Of a stretch of DNA of 25,171 nt, positions 17,411 to 25,171 are shown in pieces; the stretch's first letter is position 1, and every line of letters begins with the position of its first letter. The position numbers and the translations under genes are program-made. The DNA lies in assembly GCF_009846755.1 (NCBI RefSeq), contig NZ_AQOR01000041.1, positions 1 through 25,171 of the forward strand, written 5' to 3'. A model generated the notes under the pieces. The model was not told the origin of the DNA. It was given only the letters and a program-made list of their open reading frames with translations, and did not search any database. This DNA comes from Alcanivorax sp. S71-1-4 (GTDB taxonomy: Bacteria > Pseudomonadota > Gammaproteobacteria > Pseudomonadales > Alcanivoracaceae).

Positions 17411-19207
17411 ATGTGCCATCCGGGGCCGCCTTGTTGGCACACATCCAGTATGCTGTCCGGCATGGCAGCACACTCCGGGGAGCAGATTGTGTCCGGCAAG
17501 AATCACCACGATGCACTGATCGGCAAGATTTATGACACCTCGTTGATGCCCGGTGACTGGGTTGATCTGCTGGATACCATTGCCGGCTGGGCGGGCGAAC
17601 AGCCGGACGCGTCCGGCGACGCCAGTGTGGAGCCGTTGATCAGCCACCTCGAACGCGCCGTGCGCAGCAGCAGTTATATTCACGCGCTGGAGGACCGCAA
17701 CCGCATTCTCAACAGCATGTATCACCAGATGCCCTGGCCCATGCTGATGCTCGACGACCAGATGCAGGTGCTGGAATGCAACCCCGCAGCACACCGGGCG
17801 CTGGCCGACGGCCCCGTCCAGCTGCTGGCCGATGGCCGGTTGCGCTTCAGAGATGGCGAGCTACGCCGTGCACTCAAACGCGTCAACACGATGGCTGCAG
17901 GCCGGCAGGTGCAACTGCTGAATTCTGCCCGCGACACCCTCACCCTGCTCTGCTTGCCCGTGGAAAAGTCGGACGCCCCTGGCCCGGTGGCACACATCCG
18001 TACCATTGTGTGGATGCTCTCCGGTCACCACGTGGTGATGCCGTCGCCGGAGATGTTGCAGTCGGTTTTCAATATCACCCAGGCGGAATCCCGGTTACTG
18101 CACTTATTGTGCAAGCTAGGCAACCTGCAACAGAGCGCTGCCCTGCTGTCCATCAGCGTGCACACCGCGCGCACGCAACTGAAGTCCACCATGGCGAAGC
18201 TGAATGCGTCCAGCCAGGTACAACTGGTCAGTCAGGCCATGGGGCACGCGTTGGTGCAGACCGCCCAACCGGAGCAGGCACCGCCGGACACCGAGTACAC
18301 TATGAACCTGCCGGATGGCCGGGTGCTGAGCTGGTATGAATACGGCGATCCGAAAGGCCGTCCACTGCTGACGCTGGACAATCTGGGTGGCGCAGTGCCA
18401 GACCACACGCTGTTTGACGACTGGTACCGGCAACAGGGACTGCGGGTGATCCTTGTCATCCGGCCGGGCTATGGACTGTCCACCGCGCGGCGCGGGATGC
18501 AGTTTCGTGACCTGGGGCCGGACCTGCGCGCACTGTGCGGCCACCTCAATCTGTGCCGGCCATCAATGGCCGCCTATTGCGGCGGCGGGCCGTACGCATT
18601 GTGCGCTGCGGCGCTGGAACCCGACCTGTTCGACCGCCTTGGGCTGCTCGCCACCACCGTGCCCATCGAACATTTTGAACTCGACAAGCTGGACCGTATT
18701 CACGCCATGTTCCTGCGTTTGTTCCGCAGGGACCCGCGCCTGTTCGTGCTGGTGGGCCGGCTGGCACTGCGTGGCGTGCAGCGTGCGCCGGAAAAATATT
18801 TCAGCCGGCTGGCGCAGTCTCTGTGCCCGGGCGATCAGCAGGTACTGAACGACCCTGACCTGCTGGCCCGGCTGATTCGCCGCATGCGCCAGAGCCATTT
18901 CCAGGGGGCGCGCATCATCATTGATGAATACCTGCGCCTGCAACAGCCGTGGGGCGTGGACCTGAGCCAGATCAGCATCCCCGTGCTCATGTGGCACGGC
19001 GACGACGACCGGGTCATCTCCGTTGGTGGCGCCCATGCGCTGGCCCGCGATATTCCCGGGGCACAGTTCCGCGCCCTGCCGGGGCTGGGCCGTTTTCTGA
19101 TTTACCGGGTATGGCAGGATTTTCTGACGGCGTTGCTGGCGCTGCCACAGGCAGCGCCCGACCCACACGGAACCTCCGCTCTCCACGCCCCCTCTCCCAG
19201 ATCATAA
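17411..19207 (+). CDS. LuxR-family HTH regulator (N-terminal sensory region + HTH at ~aa 222-275) fused in frame to a C-terminal alpha/beta-hydrolase-fold domain with non-canonical triad
   Basis: 598 aa. HTH segment ITQAESRLLHLLCKLGNLQQSAALLSISVHTARTQLKSTMAKLNASSQVQLV. Hydrolase part starts at internal Met298 (MNLPDGRVLSWYEYGDPKGRPLL...) and has nucleophile elbow AYCGG (Cys not Ser), acid region MWHGDDDRVIS, and LGRF where GHF is expected. Start uncertain (alternative GTG 17489 after GGGGAG). Confidence 0.7.
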   Translation: MCHPGPPCWHTSSMLSGMAAHSGEQIVSGKNHHDALIGKIYDTSLMPGDWVDLLDTIAGWAGEQPDASGDASVEPLISHLERAVRSSSYIHALEDRNRILNSMYHQMPWPMLMLDDQMQVLECNPAAHRALADGPVQLLADGRLRFRDGELRRALKRVNTMAAGRQVQLLNSARDTLTLLCLPVEKSDAPGPVAHIRTIVWMLSGHHVVMPSPEMLQSVFNITQAESRLLHLLCKLGNLQQSAALLSISVHTARTQLKSTMAKLNASSQVQLVSQAMGHALVQTAQPEQAPPDTEYTMNLPDGRVLSWYEYGDPKGRPLLTLDNLGGAVPDHTLFDDWYRQQGLRVILVIRPGYGLSTARRGMQFRDLGPDLRALCGHLNLCRPSMAAYCGGGPYALCAAALEPDLFDRLGLLATTVPIEHFELDKLDRIHAMFLRLFRRDPRLFVLVGRLALRGVQRAPEKYFSRLAQSLCPGDQQVLNDPDLLARLIRRMRQSHFQGARIIIDEYLRLQQPWGVDLSQISIPVLMWHGDDDRVISVGGAHALARDIPGAQFRALPGLGRFLIYRVWQDFLTALLALPQAAPDPHGTSALHAPSPRS

Positions 19208-20275
19208 TCCCGGCGTCTGCCAGGAAAAGCTGAGCGAAACTGCCCTGGCCTGGTGAGGCGTATCGTCCATCTGCAACGCCGTGCTCAACCTGCCTGCACG
19301 GTACCCCAGCCCCACACTGCCGTGACGGGTGGCGGAAACATACAGCCCCGGCCAACGCGCCGGGTAGTAATACAACCGCACGTCCTGATAACGATCTATC
19401 CAGACCAGTTCGGCGCCCAGCGTGTAGCGCTGTGCCAACGTAGCCTGCCAGTGCAGAAAGGCTTTCACCGGCAGCCGCTGCCAGTGGTGCCGATTACCTT
19501 CGTAGCCGGTCATGGCAGCGCGCACATTGAGCTGCCCGTCGTCATCGTAGGCCACCCGGTCGCTGGTCAGGTCAGCCGTCGTGTAGTACATGTCGCGCCA
19601 GTAAATTCCGTTGAGCCCGTCCAGCAGGTGCAGGCGCAAACGATGCCGTGGATTGATCTGCCATACGGCATGCAGATCCAGCGCAGCACCCTGGCCACGA
19701 CGACGTCCTGTCGGCCGGTCCCAGAGTGAATCGCGGGTGTAGAAATAGGTCAGGTGCGCCTGCCCCTGATAATCGTCGTCGTAGGTCTCAATATCACCGC
19801 TGACCTGCCCGTCGATCATCTCCGTGGCATTGAGGAGTTGCAAACGGGTGGTCAGCGTCAGGTTCGGCGCCGGGAAAAATGTGTAACCGAGCGCCACCCC
19901 GCGCATCAATACCTGATTGACATCCAGCCGCAACGGCCAGCGGCGCCCGGCAGGAATGGCGCGGCCGGTCTCGCTCCGCCAGATCAGTTCGCTGGCGCTG
20001 CGCGAGCTCCGGGCAGATACCTCATAGCGGTACAGCGCACCGACACTCAGATTACCGTAGCGCACGCCAACTTCGGCCCGACCGAAACCGAGATGCTGCT
20101 CACCGGTCCTGAAATCCCGCCCCATGCCCCAGACCAGATCATGGACCGGGAAAGCGTCGCTATGGGATTCCACCCACAGCAAGGCATAGGGCTTTATTTC
20201 TGCGCTGGCAATCCGTCCATGGCAGAGCAACAACAGGCACAGTGCGCTGCGTAAAACGACACTCCACAGATACAT
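19202..20275 (-). CDS. outer-membrane beta-barrel protein of unassigned family
   Basis: ORF 19202..20392. Start placed at ATG 20275 (MYLWSVVLRSALCLLLLCHGRIASA-EIK...), a clean signal peptide. Mature ~330 aa with alternating amphipathic beta-strand pattern and many aromatic girdle residues. The upstream part of the ORF overlaps the lipoprotein terminator. Confidence 0.7.
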   Translation of the reverse strand: MYLWSVVLRSALCLLLLCHGRIASAEIKPYALLWVESHSDAFPVHDLVWGMGRDFRTGEQHLGFGRAEVGVRYGNLSVGALYRYEVSARSSRSASELIWRSETGRAIPAGRRWPLRLDVNQVLMRGVALGYTFFPAPNLTLTTRLQLLNATEMIDGQVSGDIETYDDDYQGQAHLTYFYTRDSLWDRPTGRRRGQGAALDLHAVWQINPRHRLRLHLLDGLNGIYWRDMYYTTADLTSDRVAYDDDGQLNVRAAMTGYEGNRHHWQRLPVKAFLHWQATLAQRYTLGAELVWIDRYQDVRLYYYPARWPGLYVSATRHGSVGLGYRAGRLSTALQMDDTPHQARAVSLSFSWQTPGL

Positions 20276-20312
20276 TGAGCGGGCCTGTCTCTCGTCACGT
20301 GTCATCACAATC

Positions 20313-20341
20313 AGAAAAATGGCGGCCGGAGCCGCCATTTT
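20313..20341 (-). terminator. rho-independent terminator of the lipoprotein gene (8-bp stem ATGGCGGC/GCCGCCAT, loop CGGA, then TTTTTC on minus strand), located between lipoprotein stop and OMP start
   Basis: Plus strand: agaaaaATGGCGGCcggaGCCGCCATttt. On the minus strand the stem is followed by a U-tract. Confidence 0.6.
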
Positions 20342-20360
20342 CATAACGCCAGAAGGTGTG

Positions 20361-22634
20361 TTACTGGATGCTTTCGAACGTACCGTCCACATAAGTGACC
20401 TTGATCAGGTTCGGCTCGGTGATGGTCGCGTACACCACACCACCGACCTGGATATTGCCGAACAGATCACCGCTTTCGTTGACTTGCAGCACCGCCACCA
20501 CACCATCCTGGTTGGTGAGAGTCACGCCCGAAGTCGTTACTTCATCTTCACCGTCTTCTGCTGACGGGTTTAGGGTCAACGGCGCGCTGATCTGCAGCGT
20601 CTTGCCGGGGTAGCTGATGTTGACCGCCACGTTACCGGCGGTCAGTGCCGAGCGGGAACCTGTGATTTCAATACGGCTTTCCTCCGCAATGCCCGCCAGC
20701 GCCACCGTGATCCGCAGCGAGAAATTGCCTTCGATGAACTCGCCGGCAGTTTCCTCGCTGGTCTGCTCCCAGCCGGAGTCACTGCCATCGCACATATGGA
20801 GCTCACTGCACCGGGTTCCGGGCACGCTGCTGGTTTCTTCCAGCACGTAACCGTTCGCGTCGGCCTCAAAAGCGAAGTTGAGCGCCAGTGCATTGTTTGC
20901 CGTGTCCACCGTACCCGAGAACGTCAGCGCGGCAATGCCGAAGGTGAATGTTTCGTCTTCCACCGCCTGCCAGGTGCAGGAGACTTCATCACAAACGTTC
21001 TCATACTCTTCATAACTGGTAGTGTGCAGCCCGCTGACATCAAGCCCCAGCGCCCCCTGCAGCGCCACCCCGCCGGCCAGATCTTCACCAGTCTGCGTAT
21101 CCCGTTGCGCCAGGCGCACGGTCAGATCGAATTCCGCACCGCCGGTAAAATCCTCTTCCGAGACGCCTTCGAACTCGTAATTGCCGGTGTCCGTTTCCTG
21201 GTCGGTCAGCGACGAGACCGTGCTGCCGGAGACCACCCCTTCAATAATTTCCAGCTTCAGCGCCGGCAGGCTGACCGCACCGGAGATCTGCAAGTCCACG
21301 GCAGTGGTTTCGGTTTCCGAGTAGACCACACCCGAGGCTTCCTCCGGATCCGCGCAGGCGTTGCCGGTGCAGTTATAATCCAGCACCAACGTGGCGCTGA
21401 GATCGGTTTCCAGCGCCTCGGCAACACCGCTCACACTGGTGACCGTGTAGCTGTCGTTAACGAACGTGACTTCCACTTCGGCCATGTCAAAGGTAACGAT
21501 CTGTGGGCTGGTCAGCGCTCCATTTTCTGTACGCTGCGCGTGGACTTCCGCAATGGCATTGACCGCATATCCCAGTGCCTGCGCAAGCAGCTCCGTATCG
21601 GCAGACAACAGTGTTCCCGCCGCCTCCAGCTCATTGGCGAATGCCTCTGCGCTCGCTTCCGTTATGAATGAGGTGCCCAGCGTGCGGACCTGGCTCACGA
21701 ACGCCTTCGCCTTGGCCAGGTTGGCCAGTGCCGCGGTGTCCGAGGGCGCGGCCTGAGTGAGTTCTTCGCCTAGCTGCTGCGCTGCCGCCAACGCCGTACC
21801 CAACGTCGTGGAGACGCCTGACAGATTCGCGCCGGACGTGGTCAACGCAGCCTGCGCCGCAGTGTAGATCTCTGCCAGGTCAACGCCGGTGCTGACGCTT
21901 TGCTGGCCATAGAATTGGCCGCCACTGGTGTTGATGAACGCCGTCGCCAGCTGGTCCAACGTTTGCCCTTCCTCCAGCGCGGCGCCATACAGGGCCGCCG
22001 CCAGCAAGGCACCTTTCTGAGCGTTGGCATCGGCCCCTTCCAGCGCGGTGGTATCCGTGATGTCCACCGCTGGCAGCGCCGTCAGTTCGCCGGTCACTCC
22101 GAACAGGTTGGCCACATGACTGTTGGCCAGACGGATCGCAACGTCGTTCAACACAGCCGCGCGGGCCTTCGCCGCCGCCAGGTGAGTCAGCGGCGTGACG
22201 TTGATGGACACGGCGCCGCCATCCAGCACCGCCATCGCTTCGAGCGCCATATTCGCACCAAAGGGAACGTCCGCGCCGAACGCCGCCGTCCCGCCTTCGC
22301 CATCGTCACACCCGGCCGGCACGTCGCACACCATGCTGGCGTCCGCGTTCCCCGTGATCGTGATGAGGGCCGGGCCGGTGTAGCTGAGATTCAGACTATA
22401 GCGGCCAGCATCATCCGTGGTGGTCATCTGCAGGGCTTCGCCGTCCACCACGCCGTCCACCACCGGATACACCGCCACATCGGCGTTTTTCAGAATGCCC
22501 TTGACGGCAGCCCCCTCGATGTCCGACGACGGCGCCGAACCGCCCGACCTGCTGCCACCCCCGCCACCACCGCAGCCGGACAGCACGACAGACAGAGCAA
22601 CAAATGAACTGACAAGCAAAGACTGTGCTTTCAC
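20361..22634 (-). CDS. large acidic surface-lipoprotein candidate (757 aa) with Gly-rich tether, N-terminal carboxypeptidase-regulatory-like beta-sandwich, Ala-rich helical region and paired-Cys beta-rich C-terminal half
   Basis: GTG start with AAGGAG RBS. Signal peptide with lipobox LSGC followed by GGGGGGSRSGGSAPSS tether. TTDDAGRYSL motif of CarbopepD_reg-like domains. Four Cys pairs (CDVPAGC, CTGNAC, CDEVSC, CSELHMC). Strongly acidic overall, few aromatics. Confidence 0.75.
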   Translation of the reverse strand: MKAQSLLVSSFVALSVVLSGCGGGGGGSRSGGSAPSSDIEGAAVKGILKNADVAVYPVVDGVVDGEALQMTTTDDAGRYSLNLSYTGPALITITGNADASMVCDVPAGCDDGEGGTAAFGADVPFGANMALEAMAVLDGGAVSINVTPLTHLAAAKARAAVLNDVAIRLANSHVANLFGVTGELTALPAVDITDTTALEGADANAQKGALLAAALYGAALEEGQTLDQLATAFINTSGGQFYGQQSVSTGVDLAEIYTAAQAALTTSGANLSGVSTTLGTALAAAQQLGEELTQAAPSDTAALANLAKAKAFVSQVRTLGTSFITEASAEAFANELEAAGTLLSADTELLAQALGYAVNAIAEVHAQRTENGALTSPQIVTFDMAEVEVTFVNDSYTVTSVSGVAEALETDLSATLVLDYNCTGNACADPEEASGVVYSETETTAVDLQISGAVSLPALKLEIIEGVVSGSTVSSLTDQETDTGNYEFEGVSEEDFTGGAEFDLTVRLAQRDTQTGEDLAGGVALQGALGLDVSGLHTTSYEEYENVCDEVSCTWQAVEDETFTFGIAALTFSGTVDTANNALALNFAFEADANGYVLEETSSVPGTRCSELHMCDGSDSGWEQTSEETAGEFIEGNFSLRITVALAGIAEESRIEITGSRSALTAGNVAVNISYPGKTLQISAPLTLNPSAEDGEDEVTTSGVTLTNQDGVVAVLQVNESGDLFGNIQVGGVVYATITEPNLIKVTYVDGTFESIQ

Positions 22635-22929
22635 AGTGAACTCCTTGTAGTGGTATCCCCAATTAAAGCCAGGGCGTGATCGTTACAGGGCGGGCACCTA
22701 CCCGCATCCCCCATATGGGGTATGCCGTGGCATCATTCGGGCGTGCGCCCTCCGCATGCCGTGGCAAACGCGAGGCGGGCGCCCTATTTCCGGCGGCACG
22801 TATGGTACCCTCGCCACCCTCCGGCGCCCGGCGGCCCGAGTGGGCCCGAGCGAGGCAGACCGCGCTCAGCAGGCGCCCAACCGCCCGTCAGGCCCGCCAG
22901 CCAGGCTCTACGGCTGCCAGCGCGCCTGA

Positions 22930-22939
22930 AATCAGGTAC
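22930..22939. repeat. direct repeat copy 1 (GAAATCAGGTACA) in the lipoprotein/purE intergenic region
   Basis: AATCAGGTAC also occurs at 23058-23067 (copy 2), with 11/12 identity over GRAATCAGGTAC. Confidence 0.5.
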
Positions 22940-23057
22940 ATTTAGCCCCCCGCTCAAGCAGGGGAACGGCCCGTCTCCCCGATCCATGCAGGGAATGGCC
23001 GGCCAGCCCCCACGTTTTCTGCACGTGGCCGCGCTCCCGTGCCGGGGATAAGCCCGG

Positions 23058-23067
23058 AATCAGGTAC
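23058..23067. repeat. direct repeat copy 2 (GGAATCAGGTACC)
   Basis: See copy 1. Spacing 128 bp. Confidence 0.5.
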
Positions 23068-23140
23068 CAGGCTGGTGATGTCCGCATCGCCCGGCGTCAC
23101 GTTTCCTGTCAGGCCGCTGATCGGAAAGGTTGTTTGCAAT

Positions 23141-23155
23141 GCCATGTCACATGGC
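23141..23155. promoter_or_regulatory. perfect inverted repeat GCCATGT-c-ACATGGC 19-33 nt upstream of purE ATG (candidate operator)
   Basis: 7-bp arms with 1-nt spacer, immediately upstream of the purE RBS (ACGGAG). Confidence 0.35.
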
Positions 23156-23173
23156 TTTAACGGAGTACAGAAC

Positions 23174-23668
23174 ATGACCAAAGACGTTGCCGTGATCATG
23201 GGGTCCCGCTCGGACTGGACCATCATGCAAGAGGCCTGTGAGGCACTGGACCTGTTCGGTGTCAGTTGGCACGCCGAAGTGGTGTCCGCCCACCGCACGC
23301 CGAAACGTCTGGTCGAGTTCTCCGAAGCCGCTGCCGACCAGGGCTACAAAGTGATCATCGCCGGCGCCGGTGGCGCAGCCCACCTGCCGGGCATGGTCGC
23401 CTCCCTGACACCGCTGCCGGTGCTGGGCGTGCCGGTGACCAGCCAGGCCCTGAGCGGCGTCGACAGCCTCTATTCCATTGTGCAGATGCCGCGCGGCGTG
23501 GCCGTGGGCACCCTGGCCATCGGCGCCCCCGGTGCCTGGAATGCCGGCCTGCTGGCCGCGCAGATTCTGGCCACGCAGCAACCGGACGTGATGGAACGCA
23601 TCAAGCGCTTCAAGCAGGAACGCGCCGACGCCGTGCTCGCCGATGCCCAGCTGGGGGCGAGCCAGTGA
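23174..23668 (+). CDS. purE: N5-carboxyaminoimidazole ribonucleotide mutase PurE
   Basis: ORF 23039..23668. Start at ATG 23174 ([15 protein letters not shown]...) with GGAG RBS. Near-identical motif order to E. coli PurE ([31 protein letters not shown]). Confidence 0.95.
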   Translation: MTKDVAVIMGSRSDWTIMQEACEALDLFGVSWHAEVVSAHRTPKRLVEFSEAAADQGYKVIIAGAGGAAHLPGMVASLTPLPVLGVPVTSQALSGVDSLYSIVQMPRGVAVGTLAIGAPGAWNAGLLAAQILATQQPDVMERIKRFKQERADAVLADAQLGASQ

Positions 23669-24714
23669 CACCACGCGTTCTCGTACTCGGCACCGGACAA
23701 TTATCAATGATGCTGGCGGAAGCCGGCGTACGCCTGGGCGTGATCGTGGACCGCCTGTCGCCGGAAACCGGCGAGCTGTTTCCCGGCACTTCGGACCTGG
23801 CCCTGCACCTGGACACCGACGCGCTGCTGGCGCGCTACGACGCCATCACCGTCGAGCGCGACACCATGCCGGACAACGCCCTGGTCAATACGCTGATGGC
23901 GTCACCGAAGGCCGCCATCCGCCGCACCATGGCCGTGCTGCCCGACCGGCTGACACAAAAGCAGCTGCTGGATGACCTCGGCATTGCCACCTCACCCTGG
24001 TTGCCGGGCACCGAACTGGCCCGGGCCCGCGAACAATGGGGTAATGTCGTCATCAAGGCACGCCGTGGCGGCTACGACGGTCGTGGCACGCAGTTCCTGC
24101 GCACCGGCGACGCCCTGCCCGACGCCGACGAAAACACCATCGTCGAAGCCACCATCGGCTTCCGGCGTGAACTGTCCCTGCTCGCCGCTCGCAGCAGCAC
24201 CGGCGAAATGGCGTTTTACCCGCTGGTGGAAAATATTCACCGCGACGGCATCCTGAATGTCACCCGTGCCCCGGCAAAACAGCTCACTGCCACGCATCAG
24301 GCCAACGCTGAAACCATGGCACGCGCCCTGCTCGAAAAACTCGATTACCACGGCATCATGGCCATCGAATTGTTCGACTGTGGTGACGCGTTGCTGGTCA
24401 ACGAGATTTCGCCGCGCGTACACAACTCCGGGCACTGGTCACAGGAAGGCGCCAACATCAGCCAGTTCGAGATGCACCTGCGTGCGTTGACCGGGCTGCC
24501 ATTGACGCCCCCCGATGTGAAAGGCGTCGCCGCCATGCTCAACCTGCTCGGCGTCGCATATGACATTGAGTGGCTGCACCGCCCCGGATATCTCCACTGG
24601 TATGCCAAGGAAGTGCGCCCGGGCCGCAAGATGGGGCATGTGAATTTCATGACGCAGGATGCCGACACGCTGGAAGAACAGATGCTGGCGTGGCGGGATG
24701 TGGCCAGAAGCTGA
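23665..24714 (+). CDS. purK: N5-carboxyaminoimidazole ribonucleotide synthase PurK (ATP-grasp)
   Basis: Stop-free ORF 23266..24714. GTG at 23665 overlaps the purE stop (GTGA) and gives [17 protein letters not shown]..., colinear with E. coli PurK (MKQVCVLGNGQLGRML). ATP-grasp motifs and C-terminal [13 protein letters not shown]. Confidence 0.9.
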   Translation: MTPRVLVLGTGQLSMMLAEAGVRLGVIVDRLSPETGELFPGTSDLALHLDTDALLARYDAITVERDTMPDNALVNTLMASPKAAIRRTMAVLPDRLTQKQLLDDLGIATSPWLPGTELARAREQWGNVVIKARRGGYDGRGTQFLRTGDALPDADENTIVEATIGFRRELSLLAARSSTGEMAFYPLVENIHRDGILNVTRAPAKQLTATHQANAETMARALLEKLDYHGIMAIELFDCGDALLVNEISPRVHNSGHWSQEGANISQFEMHLRALTGLPLTPPDVKGVAAMLNLLGVAYDIEWLHRPGYLHWYAKEVRPGRKMGHVNFMTQDADTLEEQMLAWRDVARS

Positions 24715-24812
24715 ACAACCCGGTCCTGACGCACGATGAATCCTGACCGCCTTGTCGCAGGCGGCCAGGATTCACACAAAAAACGAGATAACTGCCGCGT
24801 TCCCCGGCTTCA

Positions 24813-25160
24813 TTACGGAACAGGCACAATCACCCATTGATAGCGATCCGAGCCGTTATAGCTTGGCTGCGCAAAAACCTCGTGATCACCATCACCGTCC
24901 TTCTTGTTCCCGGCCTTCACCAGTTCGCCGGCACGGGTGTACATCCTGTAAATCTCTCCGCCACCGTCAATCAGTTCCAGTCTGAACAGGTAGCGGTCTC
25001 CCTTTGAACCATCGATCGTGCCCGTGTTGTGCCCCCAGATACGGTAATCATCACCGCTGTCCTGCTGATCACCCCGAAATAGAAAACCACCCGAGCTCGA
25101 ATAGTTCTGAAAAGAGAACTGGTTGTCTCCCAGCGCGCTGATGCGCCATGTAGTGGTCAA
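24813..25160 (-). CDS. small hypothetical protein (115 aa, Gly/Asp-rich, no signal peptide) in a low-GC (~50%) segment; TTG start, weak RBS. Possibly a lectin/beta-trefoil-like or toxin-associated domain, or a gene remnant.
   Basis: ORF bounded by an in-frame stop right upstream of TTG 25160. Composition is very different from the rest of the window. Aromatic-x-W motifs (TTWRI, YRIWGH, YQWVIV). Confidence 0.35.
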   Translation of the reverse strand: MTTTWRISALGDNQFSFQNYSSSGGFLFRGDQQDSGDDYRIWGHNTGTIDGSKGDRYLFRLELIDGGGEIYRMYTRAGELVKAGNKKDGDGDHEVFAQPSYNGSDRYQWVIVPVP

Positions 25161-25171
25161 CTAATCCCGGA

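Noticed and set aside
19202-20392. Full-length ORF-track version of the OMP gene (396 aa)
   Set aside because: The first 39 codons run across the lipoprotein's terminator hairpin and have no signal peptide. The internal ATG at 20275 is followed by a textbook signal peptide, so the shorter model is preferred.
22990-23115. PurR (PUR-box) operator or ZTP/pfl riboswitch upstream of purE
   Set aside because: Only partial ACGTTTTCT-like matches (22998-23010, 23098-23108) and no convincing 16-bp PUR box. None of the conserved ZTP riboswitch segments are present.
23266-24714. 482-aa stop-free ORF covering purK, and 23039-23668 extended purE
   Set aside because: The N-terminal extensions overlap purE or the upstream intergenic region in another frame. 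Homology to E. coli PurK/PurE begins at GTG 23665 and ATG 23174 respectively.
24742-24790. 14-bp imperfect inverted repeat plus A6 after purK as a terminator
   Set aside because: The A-tract follows the hairpin on the plus strand and the T-tract precedes it on the minus strand. Not a canonical terminator for either flanking gene, so noted only as a structural element.
1-25171. CRISPR arrays, transposases, integrases, toxin-antitoxin pairs, restriction-modification genes
   Set aside because: No regularly spaced repeats. No ORF with recombinase, transposase, nuclease-methylase or TA-like features was found on either strand.

Overview
High-GC (~64-66%) chromosomal segment, most likely from a gammaproteobacterium, with one gene per ~1 kb and no transposase, integrase or CRISPR array. 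Several genes I recognise by direct homology to well-known proteins: an ABC-F ATPase (YbiT-like), a translationally coupled ybdL-yafV-def operon, pdxY, a CspA-family cold-shock protein, and purE-purK. Other calls rest on family-level similarity: a secreted Ntn (choloylglycine-family) hydrolase, an sCache methyl-accepting chemotaxis protein, an SPFH protein, an ECF41 sigma factor with its CMD partner and a matching TGTCACA-N16-CGTC promoter, and a Fur-box-preceded TonB-dependent receptor / PepSY / small membrane protein operon. Two minus-strand tRNA-like remnants (6613-6750) lie next to orphan REP-like terminator hairpins. The most unusual block is 17.4-23.2 kb. It holds a 598-aa protein with a LuxR-type HTH fused in frame to an alpha/beta-hydrolase fold whose catalytic triad looks degenerate (Cys for Ser, Arg for His). 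This gene is convergent with a signal-peptide beta-barrel OMP (358 aa) and a 757-aa highly acidic, Gly-tethered surface lipoprotein. A 540-bp GC-rich leader upstream of the lipoprotein carries repeated motifs. The last ~450 bp drop to ~50% GC and encode a small TTG-initiated protein, possibly the edge of acquired DNA. Long ORFs antisense to real genes are GC-driven artefacts.
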